Shown piece by piece: positions 20,971 through 29,470 of a stretch of DNA of 64,000 nt (its first letter is position 1; each line of letters opens with the position of its first letter). A program made the position numbers and the translations under genes. Origin of the DNA: Candidatus Kerfeldbacteria bacterium (GTDB taxonomy: Bacteria; Patescibacteriota; Patescibacteriia; UBA9570; XYC2-FULL-38-9). The notes under the pieces are model-generated. The model was not told the origin of the DNA and did no database searches. It saw only the letters and a list, made by a program, of their open reading frames with translations. The stretch spans positions 192,053 to 256,052 of the forward strand of contig JACPGJ010000007.1 in assembly GCA_016182555.1 (NCBI GenBank). The letters are read 5' to 3'.

Positions 20971-22134
20971 ATGATTATTCCTCGACATATTACAACTGAG
21001 CTGCTTGAAAAAATAACCAATTTCCATAAAGTGGTAGTGTTATATGGTCCCAGACAGGTCGGAAAAACCACGCTCTGTCATGAAATTATCGAAAAACTCC
21101 ACCTGCCCACACTGTCTATTTCTGCAGACGAATCACGATATATTCATGTACTTTCTAGTCGAAATAGCCAAAGAATGCGACAATTGATTGGTGAGAACAA
21201 ATTATTGTTTATTGATGAAGCGCAACGTATTCCAGATATTGGTATTAATTTAAAAATTTTGATTGATCAATTTGTCGATCTCAAAATTATTGCCACGGGC
21301 TCTTCTTCTTTTGAGTTAGCCAATTCCATATCTGAACCGCTGACTGGACGCAAATGGACATTTCATCTCTATCCAATCAGCCAACAAGAATTGCTACCGC
21401 TCATGACTCCGTTTGAAATAAAAGAACAATTAGAAGAGCGTTTAATTTGGGGATCCTACCCTGGTATTTTTGAATTCAGTAGTGCAGCTCTCAAAGAAAA
21501 ATATCTGTATGAATTAGAAGCAGACTATCTGTATAAAGATTTACTGAGTTTCCTTGATATACGAGGGGCGCAACGCATCAAAGATTTACTCAGCTTGTTA
21601 GCATTCCAAATCGGCAAAGAGGTGTCCATACATGAATTGGGAACACAACTTGGTATGCACAACGATATGGTACTGCGTTATCTTGATTTACTCGAAAAAA
21701 CATTTTTAATTTTTCATTTAGGTGGCTTCAGCCGTAATTTACGAAAAGAAATCAGCAAGAAAAAAAAATATTACTTTTATGACCTCGGCATTCGTAATCT
21801 CGTTATTGGCCGATTTGCTCCATTGTCACAACGTGAAGACCACGGTGATCTGTGGGAAAATTTTTGTATTGTCGAACGCATGAAATACCTTGCCTATAAC
21901 CAACAATATGCAACATCTTATTTTTGGCGTTTATATAGTGGTGCAGAAATTGATTACGTCGAAGAGCGAAACGGTGCACTGTATGGTTATGAATTCAAAT
22001 GGTCACAAAGAAAAAAACCAAAAACTCCGCGCACTTGGAAAGCAGAATATCCAACAGCCACTTATACTGTTGTGAATCCGGATAATTACTTATCTTTTGT
22101 CACTGATAGTGATGTAGATGCGGATATTTCTTGA
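20971..22134 (+). CDS. AAA-family ATPase (DUF4143-type), paralog of 70-1248
   Basis: Walker A GPRQVGKTT. Same architecture and length as the ORF at 70-1248. Confidence 0.7.
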   Translation: MIIPRHITTELLEKITNFHKVVVLYGPRQVGKTTLCHEIIEKLHLPTLSISADESRYIHVLSSRNSQRMRQLIGENKLLFIDEAQRIPDIGINLKILIDQFVDLKIIATGSSSFELANSISEPLTGRKWTFHLYPISQQELLPLMTPFEIKEQLEERLIWGSYPGIFEFSSAALKEKYLYELEADYLYKDLLSFLDIRGAQRIKDLLSLLAFQIGKEVSIHELGTQLGMHNDMVLRYLDLLEKTFLIFHLGGFSRNLRKEISKKKKYYFYDLGIRNLVIGRFAPLSQREDHGDLWENFCIVERMKYLAYNQQYATSYFWRLYSGAEIDYVEERNGALYGYEFKWSQRKKPKTPRTWKAEYPTATYTVVNPDNYLSFVTDSDVDADIS

Positions 22135-23456
22135 GCGCGTTTCGTCAAATATTCTTCCGTATTCAGTGATGGGTCTTCGAGAACGTCTTCGAGCAGCGCT
22201 TTCATTATTTCACCCACGCCGCGACCAGGGGTGAGACCCGTAATACGCATAATATCATTACCATCAATTTTGAGCATAGTGGTATCCATAGGGTCTTTTT
22301 CAACCATACGAATACGACGTTCCAATTCAATGAGTTTATAAGGTTTTTCTTTTTGTGTGCCAGAACCCATGCGGTCGCCGATGCGAATGGCCATGAGATC
22401 GTCGAGGTTTTCACGGCCGATGCGTTTAATAAGGCGACGTACTCCGGCATCGGTAATTTCACCAGTGTTATAGTAAAACATGTGCTGGCTCACCAAATGC
22501 GCAATGCGGTCACAGTCTTTGCGAGAAAATTTCAAGCGCTCCATCATTTTACGCACCATGCGACCACCAACATGTTCATGAGCGTGGAAACTGCTGTTTG
22601 GCCCATCGCCTTCTTTCACACGCGGCTTGCCAACATCGTGTAGCAGCGCAGCGAAAAGCACCAGTGGGTCATCAGACGGACAGAATTGCATAGAAAACAA
22701 ATTATGCGTGAGCACAGTATAGATATGGTGTTTATTTTGTCCGACACCAGAACCTTCTTCAAGCTCCGGAAGAATGTGTTGCAGCAAACCGCTGGTGTGC
22801 ATTAACCAAAAACCACGGTACGGGTCCTCTGCGTTGAGCGTCTTCAGTAATTCATCTCGAATACGTTCACCTGAAACACGCAAAATATTTTTACCAAGAT
22901 GTTGAATCGCGGTAAATGTTTCGTCTTCAATATGAAAATCGAGTTGTGCAGCAAAACGCGTGGCCCGCAACATACGCAGAGCATCTTCATTGAAGCGTTC
23001 TTCTGGTTTGCCAACCGTACGAATCAATTTACGCTGACAATCTTCTTGTCCACCGAACAAATCAACAATTTTGTTGCCATTGAATGCCATGGCGTTGATG
23101 GTGAAATCACGGCGCTTGAGGTCTTCTTCCAGCGACACACCAAATTTCACGCTGTCAGGGTGACGTTGATCGCTGTACTCCGCTTCCGCACGGTACGGGG
23201 TAATTTCTATTTCATGCCGCATGCCTTGCTCCCCTGGCATGCGCACAACCACTGTGCCGAAATTATTATTGTACAGTGTATCGGCAAATGTTTTTTGAAT
23301 CTGTTCAGGTGTCGCATTCGTGGTCATATCAAAATCGGTGGGCGTACGGCCAAGAACGAGGTCGCGCACCGAACCACCAACAACGTATGCGTCAAAACCA
23401 GCATCATGCAGTTGCGTGAGTGCCTGTTCAACATATTGGGGCAATAAAAATTTCAT
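22086..23456 (-). CDS. cca: CCA tRNA nucleotidyltransferase / poly(A) polymerase family enzyme with HD domain
   Basis: PolA head GGSVRDLVLGR...DFDMTT, followed by an HD domain (HDVGK) and a C-terminal extension. Confidence 0.85.
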   Translation of the reverse strand: MKFLLPQYVEQALTQLHDAGFDAYVVGGSVRDLVLGRTPTDFDMTTNATPEQIQKTFADTLYNNNFGTVVVRMPGEQGMRHEIEITPYRAEAEYSDQRHPDSVKFGVSLEEDLKRRDFTINAMAFNGNKIVDLFGGQEDCQRKLIRTVGKPEERFNEDALRMLRATRFAAQLDFHIEDETFTAIQHLGKNILRVSGERIRDELLKTLNAEDPYRGFWLMHTSGLLQHILPELEEGSGVGQNKHHIYTVLTHNLFSMQFCPSDDPLVLFAALLHDVGKPRVKEGDGPNSSFHAHEHVGGRMVRKMMERLKFSRKDCDRIAHLVSQHMFYYNTGEITDAGVRRLIKRIGRENLDDLMAIRIGDRMGSGTQKEKPYKLIELERRIRMVEKDPMDTTMLKIDGNDIMRITGLTPGRGVGEIMKALLEDVLEDPSLNTEEYLTKRAQEISASTSLSVTKDK

Positions 23457-23471
23457 AGCGTTGTGGTTATA

Positions 23472-23548
23472 TGGTGTCCTCGGCAGGAGTCGAACCTGCG
23501 GCCTTCGGTTCCGGAAACCGACGCTCTATCCAACTGAGCTACGGGGAC
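23472..23548 (-). tRNA. tRNA-Arg (anticodon CCG), CCA encoded
   Basis: Cloverleaf folded by hand: D arm GCTC/GAGC, anticodon stem TCGGT/ACCGA with loop TTCCGGA, T arm GCAGG-TTCGACT-CCTGC. One C-A mismatch in the acceptor stem. Confidence 0.85.
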
Positions 23549-23576
23549 AAATACAGTATGGTTAAGTGATGAACGG

Positions 23577-23648
23577 TGTCCCCGGCAGGAATCGAACCTA
23601 CATCTTCGGCTTAGAAGGCAGAAGCTCTATCCGTTGAGCTACGGGGAC
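23577..23648 (-). tRNA. tRNA-Arg (anticodon TCT), 3' A of CCA not encoded
   Basis: Perfect acceptor stem GTCCCCG/CGGGGAC. Anticodon loop CTTCTAA. T arm GTAGG-TTCGATT-CCTGC. One mismatch in the anticodon stem. Confidence 0.8.
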
Positions 23649-23765
23649 AAATGCATGAAGAAGAGTACCTTTTTTCCCTGCCTGCGTCAATGATCATAAC
23701 ACCGAATATTTGGCTCCTTGATTTTTCTTTTTCAATGTGATATACTCATTTTTGCAATTTATATG

Positions 23766-23810
23766 GTGGCTGTAGTTCAGTTGGTTAGAGCACTGGTTTG
23801 TGTAATTCAG
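23766..23810 (+). pseudogene. tRNA-like 5' fragment (acceptor 5' strand, D arm and His-like anticodon region) with no T arm
   Basis: GTGGCTG-TA-GTTC-AGTTGGTTA-GAGC-A-CTGGTTTGTGTAATTCAG resembles the 5' two-thirds of a tRNA with a GTG anticodon-like loop. No 3' half lies downstream. Confidence 0.45.
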
Positions 23811-23855
23811 ATACAGCACTTTGACAAATACTTCTGTGTAGAATAATCTACTGTA

Positions 23856-24332
23856 ATGCCGCAACGAAAATGTCGCGTATGTCATAAGGAGATTTATGTA
23901 AAACCAAGTCACCTCGAACGGGGATGGGGGAAATTCTGTTCAAAAAAATGTCAGGGTGAAAAACAACGCATCGGAAAAAACATTCGCTGTACTGTCTGTG
24001 GAAATCTTGCTTATCGCTCTCCAAAAGAACTAAGGAAATCGGCAAGCAAAAAATATTTTTGCAGTAAAAGCTGCCACTGTATCTGGGAAAACTCCCAAAA
24101 AAGGACTCGCGAGAATCACTATAATTGGCAAGGTGGTAAAGCATCCTATCGAAAATTTGCCTTACGCAGCACAGAACAACACTACTGCCGCCATTGTGGT
24201 ATAGAAGATTCTCGAGTACTGATTATTCATCACAAAGATAGAAACAGAAATAATAATGCATTCAGTAACCTGCTCATATTATGCATTAATTGCCATTATA
24301 TAGAACATCAGTATAATGGTAAAAGAAAATAA
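23856..24332 (+). CDS. HNH endonuclease with N-terminal CxxC zinc-finger repeats
   Basis: C-terminal HNH motif VLIIHHKDRNRNNNAFSNLLILCINCHYIEH. Several CxxC pairs upstream. Confidence 0.8.
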   Translation: MPQRKCRVCHKEIYVKPSHLERGWGKFCSKKCQGEKQRIGKNIRCTVCGNLAYRSPKELRKSASKKYFCSKSCHCIWENSQKRTRENHYNWQGGKASYRKFALRSTEQHYCRHCGIEDSRVLIIHHKDRNRNNNAFSNLLILCINCHYIEHQYNGKRK

Positions 24333-24336
24333 TTAT

Positions 24337-24412
24337 GGTGGCCATGGTGAAACGGTTATCACGACAGTTTGTGGTACTGTCATTACGGGTTCAATTCCCG
24401 TTGGCCACCCCA
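24337..24412 (+). tRNA. tRNA-His (anticodon GTG) with encoded G-1 and CCA
   Basis: G-1 is opposite discriminator C73. Perfect acceptor GTGGCCA/TGGCCAC, D arm GTGA/TCAC, anticodon stem ACAGT/ACTGT with loop TTGTGGT, T arm ACGGG-TTCAATT-CCCGT. Confidence 0.9.
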
Positions 24413-24684
24413 AGCGGAATGATTATGTGCGATGAAGATGGAATCGAAAGGTTTTTGCAAGGAATACTGCACCTTTTGACCATCAAATGACAAGTTCTGA
24501 AATACCAATTTGATAATTTCTCTTTTTTGGTCTAGTTCAGAACCGATAAACAATTCTTTACTACGGGAAGCGATGTTTAGTATTGCTATAGCGTCGATAT
24601 AGTAACTTTCATCGGCTTTTTGTAGTTGCTCTAGCTTACTACGGTATTCGGTCTGCTTGGCAGTATTCGGTCTGCTTGGCACGA
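24407..24684. repeat. direct repeat copy 1 (278 bp), starting in the last 6 nt of tRNA-His; has a 19-nt internal tandem duplication
   Basis: Aligns with 40779-41037. The right ~150 nt look identical by eye; the left ~110 nt are about 85% identical. It encodes a minus-strand ORF fragment (...ELFIGSELDQKREIIKLVFQNLSFDGQKVQYSLQKPFDSIF...) nearly identical to the fragment in copy 2. Confidence 0.85.
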
Positions 24685-25216
24685 AACTGACTGCTTAATT
24701 TGTCGTACTGCTCCTGAGTAATCCACATGGCTTATCAAAACTGATAAATCAGTGACGGGTGTTCGAGATGAACTACAATCAGTTGTCGACAAAAACGACG
24801 CATTATACGTAGTTGACGTCACAAGTGAACCTTCAGCGTGGGTTGGTCTCGATAGCAATGTGAGCGCTTGGATTAAAAACAATTCCTAAGTTCAAATCGG
24901 GGGAAGGTTTCAAACCTTCCCCCACTCCAAGCACAACAATCATAAATATATAGCAAAAAGCATTCATTCAACGCCTTATGACGGAAAGTGGGCCGTCAAG
25001 CAAGCAAATAAAGCAAAACCACTATCAACTCATCGTACACAAGCTGCTGCAATTGCAGCTGGACGTGCAGAAACGAAACGACAACACGCTGAACATGTTA
25101 TACATGGTCGAAATGGTCAAATACGTAAGAAAAATAGCTATGGAAATGATCCTAAAAGAATAAAAGGCTAGGTAGAAAATTCATGGTTTAGGTAGTCCGT
25201 CACAACACTGCCTTTT

Positions 25217-25957
25217 TTATTTTACTTCTATCGTTTGCGCTCCCAACCAAGAAAGATAATATGCCTGCCGCATAGCATCTGCAATTGCTTTACTTTCAAT
25301 AATAACTGACATATTTTCAGCATAGTTCATGAAGGCCACTTTATTGTTATAGATATTTACTTCAATCTCTGGCCAAAACACATTACGAGGAACAATGAGT
25401 GTTTCCGCCAATTCTGATTGATCATACTTCTTATGTTTTGTATGCCACACTGATCCACTCCCAGCAATGCGCTTAGCATGTATGTTTAACTTCATGCGTT
25501 CCGAAATATAAGCGTGGTCTTTTGGAAATTGGTCAAAATAGGCATTCGTATTCCATTCTAAGATTTCATCTGGCCGCTCCCGCAAGGTATCATCATACAC
25601 ATTCTGAATCGCATGTTTTCCTTCATAAAAAACTATTTTCGGTTTGGTTTCACTTTTGTTATAGATCGCTTCTAACTCAGGAAGTGCGTGAGCAATTTTT
25701 TTCTGTAGCTCTGTAGCGAAGGATAGAAGTTTACTTGGGGATTCAGCAATATAGCGATATTTACCACGTACTTTAGATTTACCAACGATACCTTTTTTCA
25801 CCAACATCTCTAATATCGAATATGTGGTTGTACGTTGTAAATTGGCCTTTTTTGCAATATCTTGAGCAGAAGATAAGCCCATTTCTAAACTGGCAATATA
25901 GACTTTGGCTTCATTCTGAGAGAAACCCAACTGTTTAAGTAATGGTTCAAATTTCAT
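25217..25957 (-). CDS. TrmB-like transcriptional regulator (winged HTH plus C-terminal TrmB-type domain), island paralog 1
   Basis: N-terminal LKQLGFSQNEAKVYIASLEMGLSSAQDIAKKANLQRTTTYSILEMLVKKGIV matches the TrmB HTH. C-terminal block KPKIVFYEG...NIYNNKVAFMNY...IIESKAIADAM is shared with all paralogs. Start set at MKFEPLL. Confidence 0.7.
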   Translation of the reverse strand: MKFEPLLKQLGFSQNEAKVYIASLEMGLSSAQDIAKKANLQRTTTYSILEMLVKKGIVGKSKVRGKYRYIAESPSKLLSFATELQKKIAHALPELEAIYNKSETKPKIVFYEGKHAIQNVYDDTLRERPDEILEWNTNAYFDQFPKDHAYISERMKLNIHAKRIAGSGSVWHTKHKKYDQSELAETLIVPRNVFWPEIEVNIYNNKVAFMNYAENMSVIIESKAIADAMRQAYYLSWLGAQTIEVK

Positions 25958-26147
25958 ATTGTAAATTGATAAAATGACGAAACACATTTAGTCATTTTAA
26001 TACTATATAATACTTAATTTATAGTCAAATTTAGATATTTATTTGTTATTTTCGTCATTTTTGACGAAAAATTTATACATTATTTTTTCTATTATATACT
26101 TGTACGTTCCTCGGAATGAATTTGAGGAACAAGGAGGTAAATCAAAA

Positions 26148-26402
26148 ATGAAAAAGCACCTTTTATTCCTTCTGTTGTTGGTGCTCACTGCCTGTCCTAC
26201 CAAAACTTCTGATTTCAATAGGAGCAAGGAGGTAAAACCACCCACAACAGCAGGAGAATCAAGTCAATGGGTGAGGGAGCTATCCTATTCGTCTGCTCCG
26301 CTCATTGGCGATGCCTCTCGTTTAAAAACAGATACCAATAAATGCTACCTCGTAGTGAGAGGTGGACATGGAATCGCACTTGTAGAGACGCCTTGTCCTT
26401 AA
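26148..26402 (+). CDS. small lipoprotein (cargo gene of module 1)
   Basis: GGAGG RBS 8 nt upstream. MKKHLLFLLLLVLTAC lipobox signal peptide. Confidence 0.55.
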   Translation: MKKHLLFLLLLVLTACPTKTSDFNRSKEVKPPTTAGESSQWVRELSYSSAPLIGDASRLKTDTNKCYLVVRGGHGIALVETPCP

Positions 26403-26411
26403 TTAAAGGAA

Positions 26412-26480
26412 AACGGTTCGGCAGTACCAGCTGCGTCGAGAGCTTGGAGGAGCTTTCCGCACAAAACTGCTATTTTTTAT
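26412..26480 (+). repeat. conserved ~70-nt palindromic terminator-like element, copy 1
   Basis: AACGGTTCGGCAGTACCAGCTGCGTCGAGAGCTTGGAGGAGCTTTCCGCACAAAACTGCTATTTTTTATTT. A long imperfect hairpin (GGCAGT...ACTGCY) followed by a T-run, directly 3' of the + gene. Confidence 0.8.
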
Positions 26481-27280
26481 TTCAAATCTTTTTGAGTAAT
26501 TTCTTCTGAAACACTATCCCACATCATTTCAAACCACGCAAGGAATGTTCTATAAATAGTTGGGTTGTCAATCACCACAGTATTCAGATGTTGCGTGTAA
26601 TCAATAATAGCTACATGCCCTTCCCAAATGAGGGTATCAGTGTCCAGCTTCATATTTTCTGGCAACCATTTCACATGATGATATTCATGCAAACCCGCAT
26701 TTCGAAGATACTGCTTCCCCGCAGCATTGGGAATCATCATTCCTTTACGTAATACTTTCTGTATTTTTAACTCAGCAAAATTATCTTCAACAGCGGCATG
26801 CGGAAATGTTTTCGTCACTACTGCTAAATCACCAATTAAGTAAAGTGTTTTTTGTGCGTTGATAATTTCCCGATGCACTGCCAGAATTCCTTTTTTGCCT
26901 TCGAAAAAACGCACACCTGCTTTGTAGGCTGTACCAAATTTCATTTGATTAAACACATCCGCAACAGAACGAAATGCATTTTGTTGTTCCGTGAGTGCTC
27001 GTTTCTCTTCTTCCAAAATATCAATGACATGTTCAATCTGCTCTACTTGAAAATAGAGTTTATCATTTTCTGTAATTGAACTCACAAATCCTCGATGTTG
27101 TAATGATTGCAACAAATCATAAATTGATGAACGTGGAATATCACTTGCCTGTTTTGTTATTTCAGATGCTGTAGCTTTATTGAGCTGAATCAATACAAAC
27201 AGCACGGCAATCTCCCGTTGATCAAGCCCATACGCTTCAAGAATACGTTGTATTTCTTTTTGTCGAATATCCGTCGACAT
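26477..27280 (-). CDS. TrmB-like transcriptional regulator, island paralog 2
   Basis: HTH LDQREIAVLFVLIQLNKATASEITKQASDIPRSSIYDLLQSLQHRGFV. C-terminal block conserved with the paralogs. Confidence 0.7.
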   Translation of the reverse strand: MSTDIRQKEIQRILEAYGLDQREIAVLFVLIQLNKATASEITKQASDIPRSSIYDLLQSLQHRGFVSSITENDKLYFQVEQIEHVIDILEEEKRALTEQQNAFRSVADVFNQMKFGTAYKAGVRFFEGKKGILAVHREIINAQKTLYLIGDLAVVTKTFPHAAVEDNFAELKIQKVLRKGMMIPNAAGKQYLRNAGLHEYHHVKWLPENMKLDTDTLIWEGHVAIIDYTQHLNTVVIDNPTIYRTFLAWFEMMWDSVSEEITQKDLK

Positions 27281-27377
27281 ATATATTGATTATTATTTAA
27301 ATTCATTTTATATTTATTTGTTCTTTTTGTCAAAATAGTGCGACAAAAAGAATAGACTTTAACTCATGAGGTTTGTT

Positions 27378-28001
27378 ATGCGGATTTTGGTAATCGACGA
27401 TAACCAACATCATCTCAACTCAGCTAAAGAATTGTTAAAAGAGCACAAAGTCACTCTCTGTTCTACTGCAGACGAAGCAATTGAACTGCTTGAACCGCAG
27501 TATGATGATGTCATCTTTCATCGGCTTTGGTCAGAGAAAGGATGGGAAGAAGCTTCACAAGTGGCTCGCCTTCCCTACTGGGATGTAGTGCTCAGTGATC
27601 TCCTCATGCCTGCCCCAAAACGAAACCTGAGTTACTTTGGTGAAAAATTCATTGGGCAGGAGATGCCAGTAGGTTGGGCATTCGTGTTACGAGCTACACT
27701 CGAGGGTGCAAAATTTGCAGCCGTTGTGACAGCAACAAACCATCACAACCATCCAGCCTCAGCACTGCTCGATCCTCTTGGATCGGCATATTGGGAAGAT
27801 AATAGGGAAAATGCACCGAAGTTTACAATTAACGGTGCCACAGTTGGTTTCTATCATGCACCAATGATAGGTGTAGACACCGTTCCCTGTTCACACTGTA
27901 ATGTAACAGGGCGCACAGATAAAATCTGTTCTTTTTGTGAGGGCACAAAAAAGGAACAAGGAAAAAATTGGGCTCTGGTGCTTAAGGCGCTAACCTCTTG
28001 A
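27378..28001 (+). CDS. receiver-like domain protein with C-terminal DnaJ-type CxxCxGxG zinc finger (cargo, family member 1)
   Basis: MRILVIDDN...DVVLSDLLMP receiver-like N-terminus. Conserved HHNHPAS motif. C-terminal CSHCNVTG...CSFCEGTK. GAGG RBS before the second ATG. Confidence 0.6.
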   Translation: MRILVIDDNQHHLNSAKELLKEHKVTLCSTADEAIELLEPQYDDVIFHRLWSEKGWEEASQVARLPYWDVVLSDLLMPAPKRNLSYFGEKFIGQEMPVGWAFVLRATLEGAKFAAVVTATNHHNHPASALLDPLGSAYWEDNRENAPKFTINGATVGFYHAPMIGVDTVPCSHCNVTGRTDKICSFCEGTKKEQGKNWALVLKALTS

Positions 28002-28011
28002 AAAATATACA

Positions 28012-28080
28012 AACGGTTTGGCAGTACCTGCTGCGTTGAGAGCTTGGGAGAAGCTTTCCGCACAAAACTGTCTTTTTTAT
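28012..28080 (+). repeat. conserved ~70-nt palindromic terminator-like element, copy 2
   Basis: AAACGGTTTGGCAGTACCTGCTGCGTTGAGAGCTTGGGAGAAGCTTTCCGCACAAAACTGTCTTTTTTATTT. Confidence 0.8.
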
Positions 28081-28835
28081 TTCTCCCACATGTTCTTGAA
28101 CAACTCCCGCAAATTTCGTGCAAGAACAGCATCATGAATTTCCACCATATAATGCGGACGATCACGTGTTTTTACCATAATAATATAATCACCAATTACC
28201 CACAGACTCGCATCAAATTCACCTTTTCGTGTTGGTTTAACTAAGCGTTGCACATACTTCTCTCGCATAGCTCGCTCAATGTTTTTGTCGTTCGTTAAAA
28301 AACGGACTTTCAAATCTTTTGGCCCTTGCTGCCAAGTCCAGTCTATCCATCGGCCATAGTGCTCGGTAAATGAACTATCATGAAACCCCCACCATGTATT
28401 ATCTATTGCTTCTCCGCTCTCTTTCCAATGTTCATATTGTTTATGCAAATAGGTCGTCAGATCAGATTCTTCAATAACCTTGATTTTTGGTACTGAATAT
28501 TCTACCGCAGACATGATTGTTGTAATATTGCGGGAGAGAATTTGAGCTGCCTCTTTTTTCTTTTTGATTTGCTGCTCTTCTTTTGTTACCAAATCCAGTA
28601 ATGCTTTTGGATTACCCGCTACCAGATAGCGCACTTTGTTCCCAATATCTTCAGTAATCAAACCAAGTTGAATAAGCTTTTTCCCAATACTATACACCGT
28701 TGTTCTATTGATTCCCGTGAGCTTGGCCACCCGTGCTGGCGATATTTTTCCTGTCTGTTGCACAGCCAAAAAAACAGCTTGTTCTTGCTCATTAAAACCT
28801 AATGTACTAAAGAGTTCTTTTTCCATATATGGCAT
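28077..28835 (-). CDS. TrmB-like transcriptional regulator, island paralog 3
   Basis: HTH LGFNEQEQAVFLAVQQTGKISPARVAKLTGINRTTVYSIGKKLIQLGLI. C-terminal block conserved. Confidence 0.7.
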   Translation of the reverse strand: MPYMEKELFSTLGFNEQEQAVFLAVQQTGKISPARVAKLTGINRTTVYSIGKKLIQLGLITEDIGNKVRYLVAGNPKALLDLVTKEEQQIKKKKEAAQILSRNITTIMSAVEYSVPKIKVIEESDLTTYLHKQYEHWKESGEAIDNTWWGFHDSSFTEHYGRWIDWTWQQGPKDLKVRFLTNDKNIERAMREKYVQRLVKPTRKGEFDASLWVIGDYIIMVKTRDRPHYMVEIHDAVLARNLRELFKNMWEK

Positions 28836-29002
28836 ATTGCTACAAAATTAACATGTTGTTGGTATATCGTCAACGAATTTTATATTATTAGCTAAAATTA
28901 GCATAGAATAATGATTTATTATCTTTGACACTATAGCTTCTTTATTTTACGCTGTATAGTTCTGTTCTGGATAGCAAGCTTGAAAACTGTATGGGAGGAG
29001 AT

Positions 29003-29392
29003 ATGAAAATTGGTATTCTGACGTGCAATCACAATTGGTGGAGCAGTGATACCGCTAGCCTATTAAGCGGAATGCTGCCCTATTTAGCACCTCGAGAATT
29101 AGGAGGAGTTGAGAGCTATATTGAACTTCCTTGGAATGAAGTAATTCCAAAAGACGTCGATCTTGTCTTTTGTACTCTGTGCGAAACCTGCACAGAAGAG
29201 CCAGAGAATCTCAAAGCTCTAAAGCAACGAGGAGGGTATATAGCTATTTTTCATGAGTACAACGATTTACGTGCTCAGGTGATAGTAGAGCTGCATGACT
29301 ATCACACCTTCCGCATGCTGAAAGAAAAGTATGGTGTTACTAATCTCGAATTCCTTTATAGCGAATGGAGATTTTTAACAGCCAGAAAATAA
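29003..29392 (+). CDS. hypothetical protein (cargo of module 3)
   Basis: GGGAGGAG RBS before MKIGILTCNHNWW. No recognizable domain. Confidence 0.4.
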   Translation: MKIGILTCNHNWWSSDTASLLSGMLPYLAPRELGGVESYIELPWNEVIPKDVDLVFCTLCETCTEEPENLKALKQRGGYIAIFHEYNDLRAQVIVELHDYHTFRMLKEKYGVTNLEFLYSEWRFLTARK

Positions 29393-29423
29393 GGAGGAAT
29401 AATGTTCTATATCCGAGCAGGAC

Positions 29424-29470
29424 CAACGGTTTGGCAGCACCGATCAAAAGCTGCCTTTTTGTTTATTTTT
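29424..29470 (+). repeat. short variant of the conserved element (same 5' box CAACGGTTTGGCAG, simple hairpin plus T-run)
   Basis: CAACGGTTTGGCAGCACCGATCAAAAGCTGCCTTTTTGTTTATTTTTT. Confidence 0.65.

Noticed and set aside
23766-24412. A single tRNA split by a large intron carrying the HNH endonuclease (5' half at 23766, 3' half at 24385-24412)
   Set aside because: The downstream region folds into a complete tRNA-His on its own, with G-1, D arm, anticodon arm and T arm. The upstream piece is therefore an independent degenerate fragment, not the 5' exon of an intron-containing tRNA.
24383-24682. 99-aa ORF in repeat copy 1 as an independent gene
   Set aside because: It reads through into the tRNA-His gene on the opposite strand. 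It is a paralogous fragment of the same peptide found in copy 2 (40707-40925), so it is treated as repeat-encoded gene remnants rather than functional CDS.
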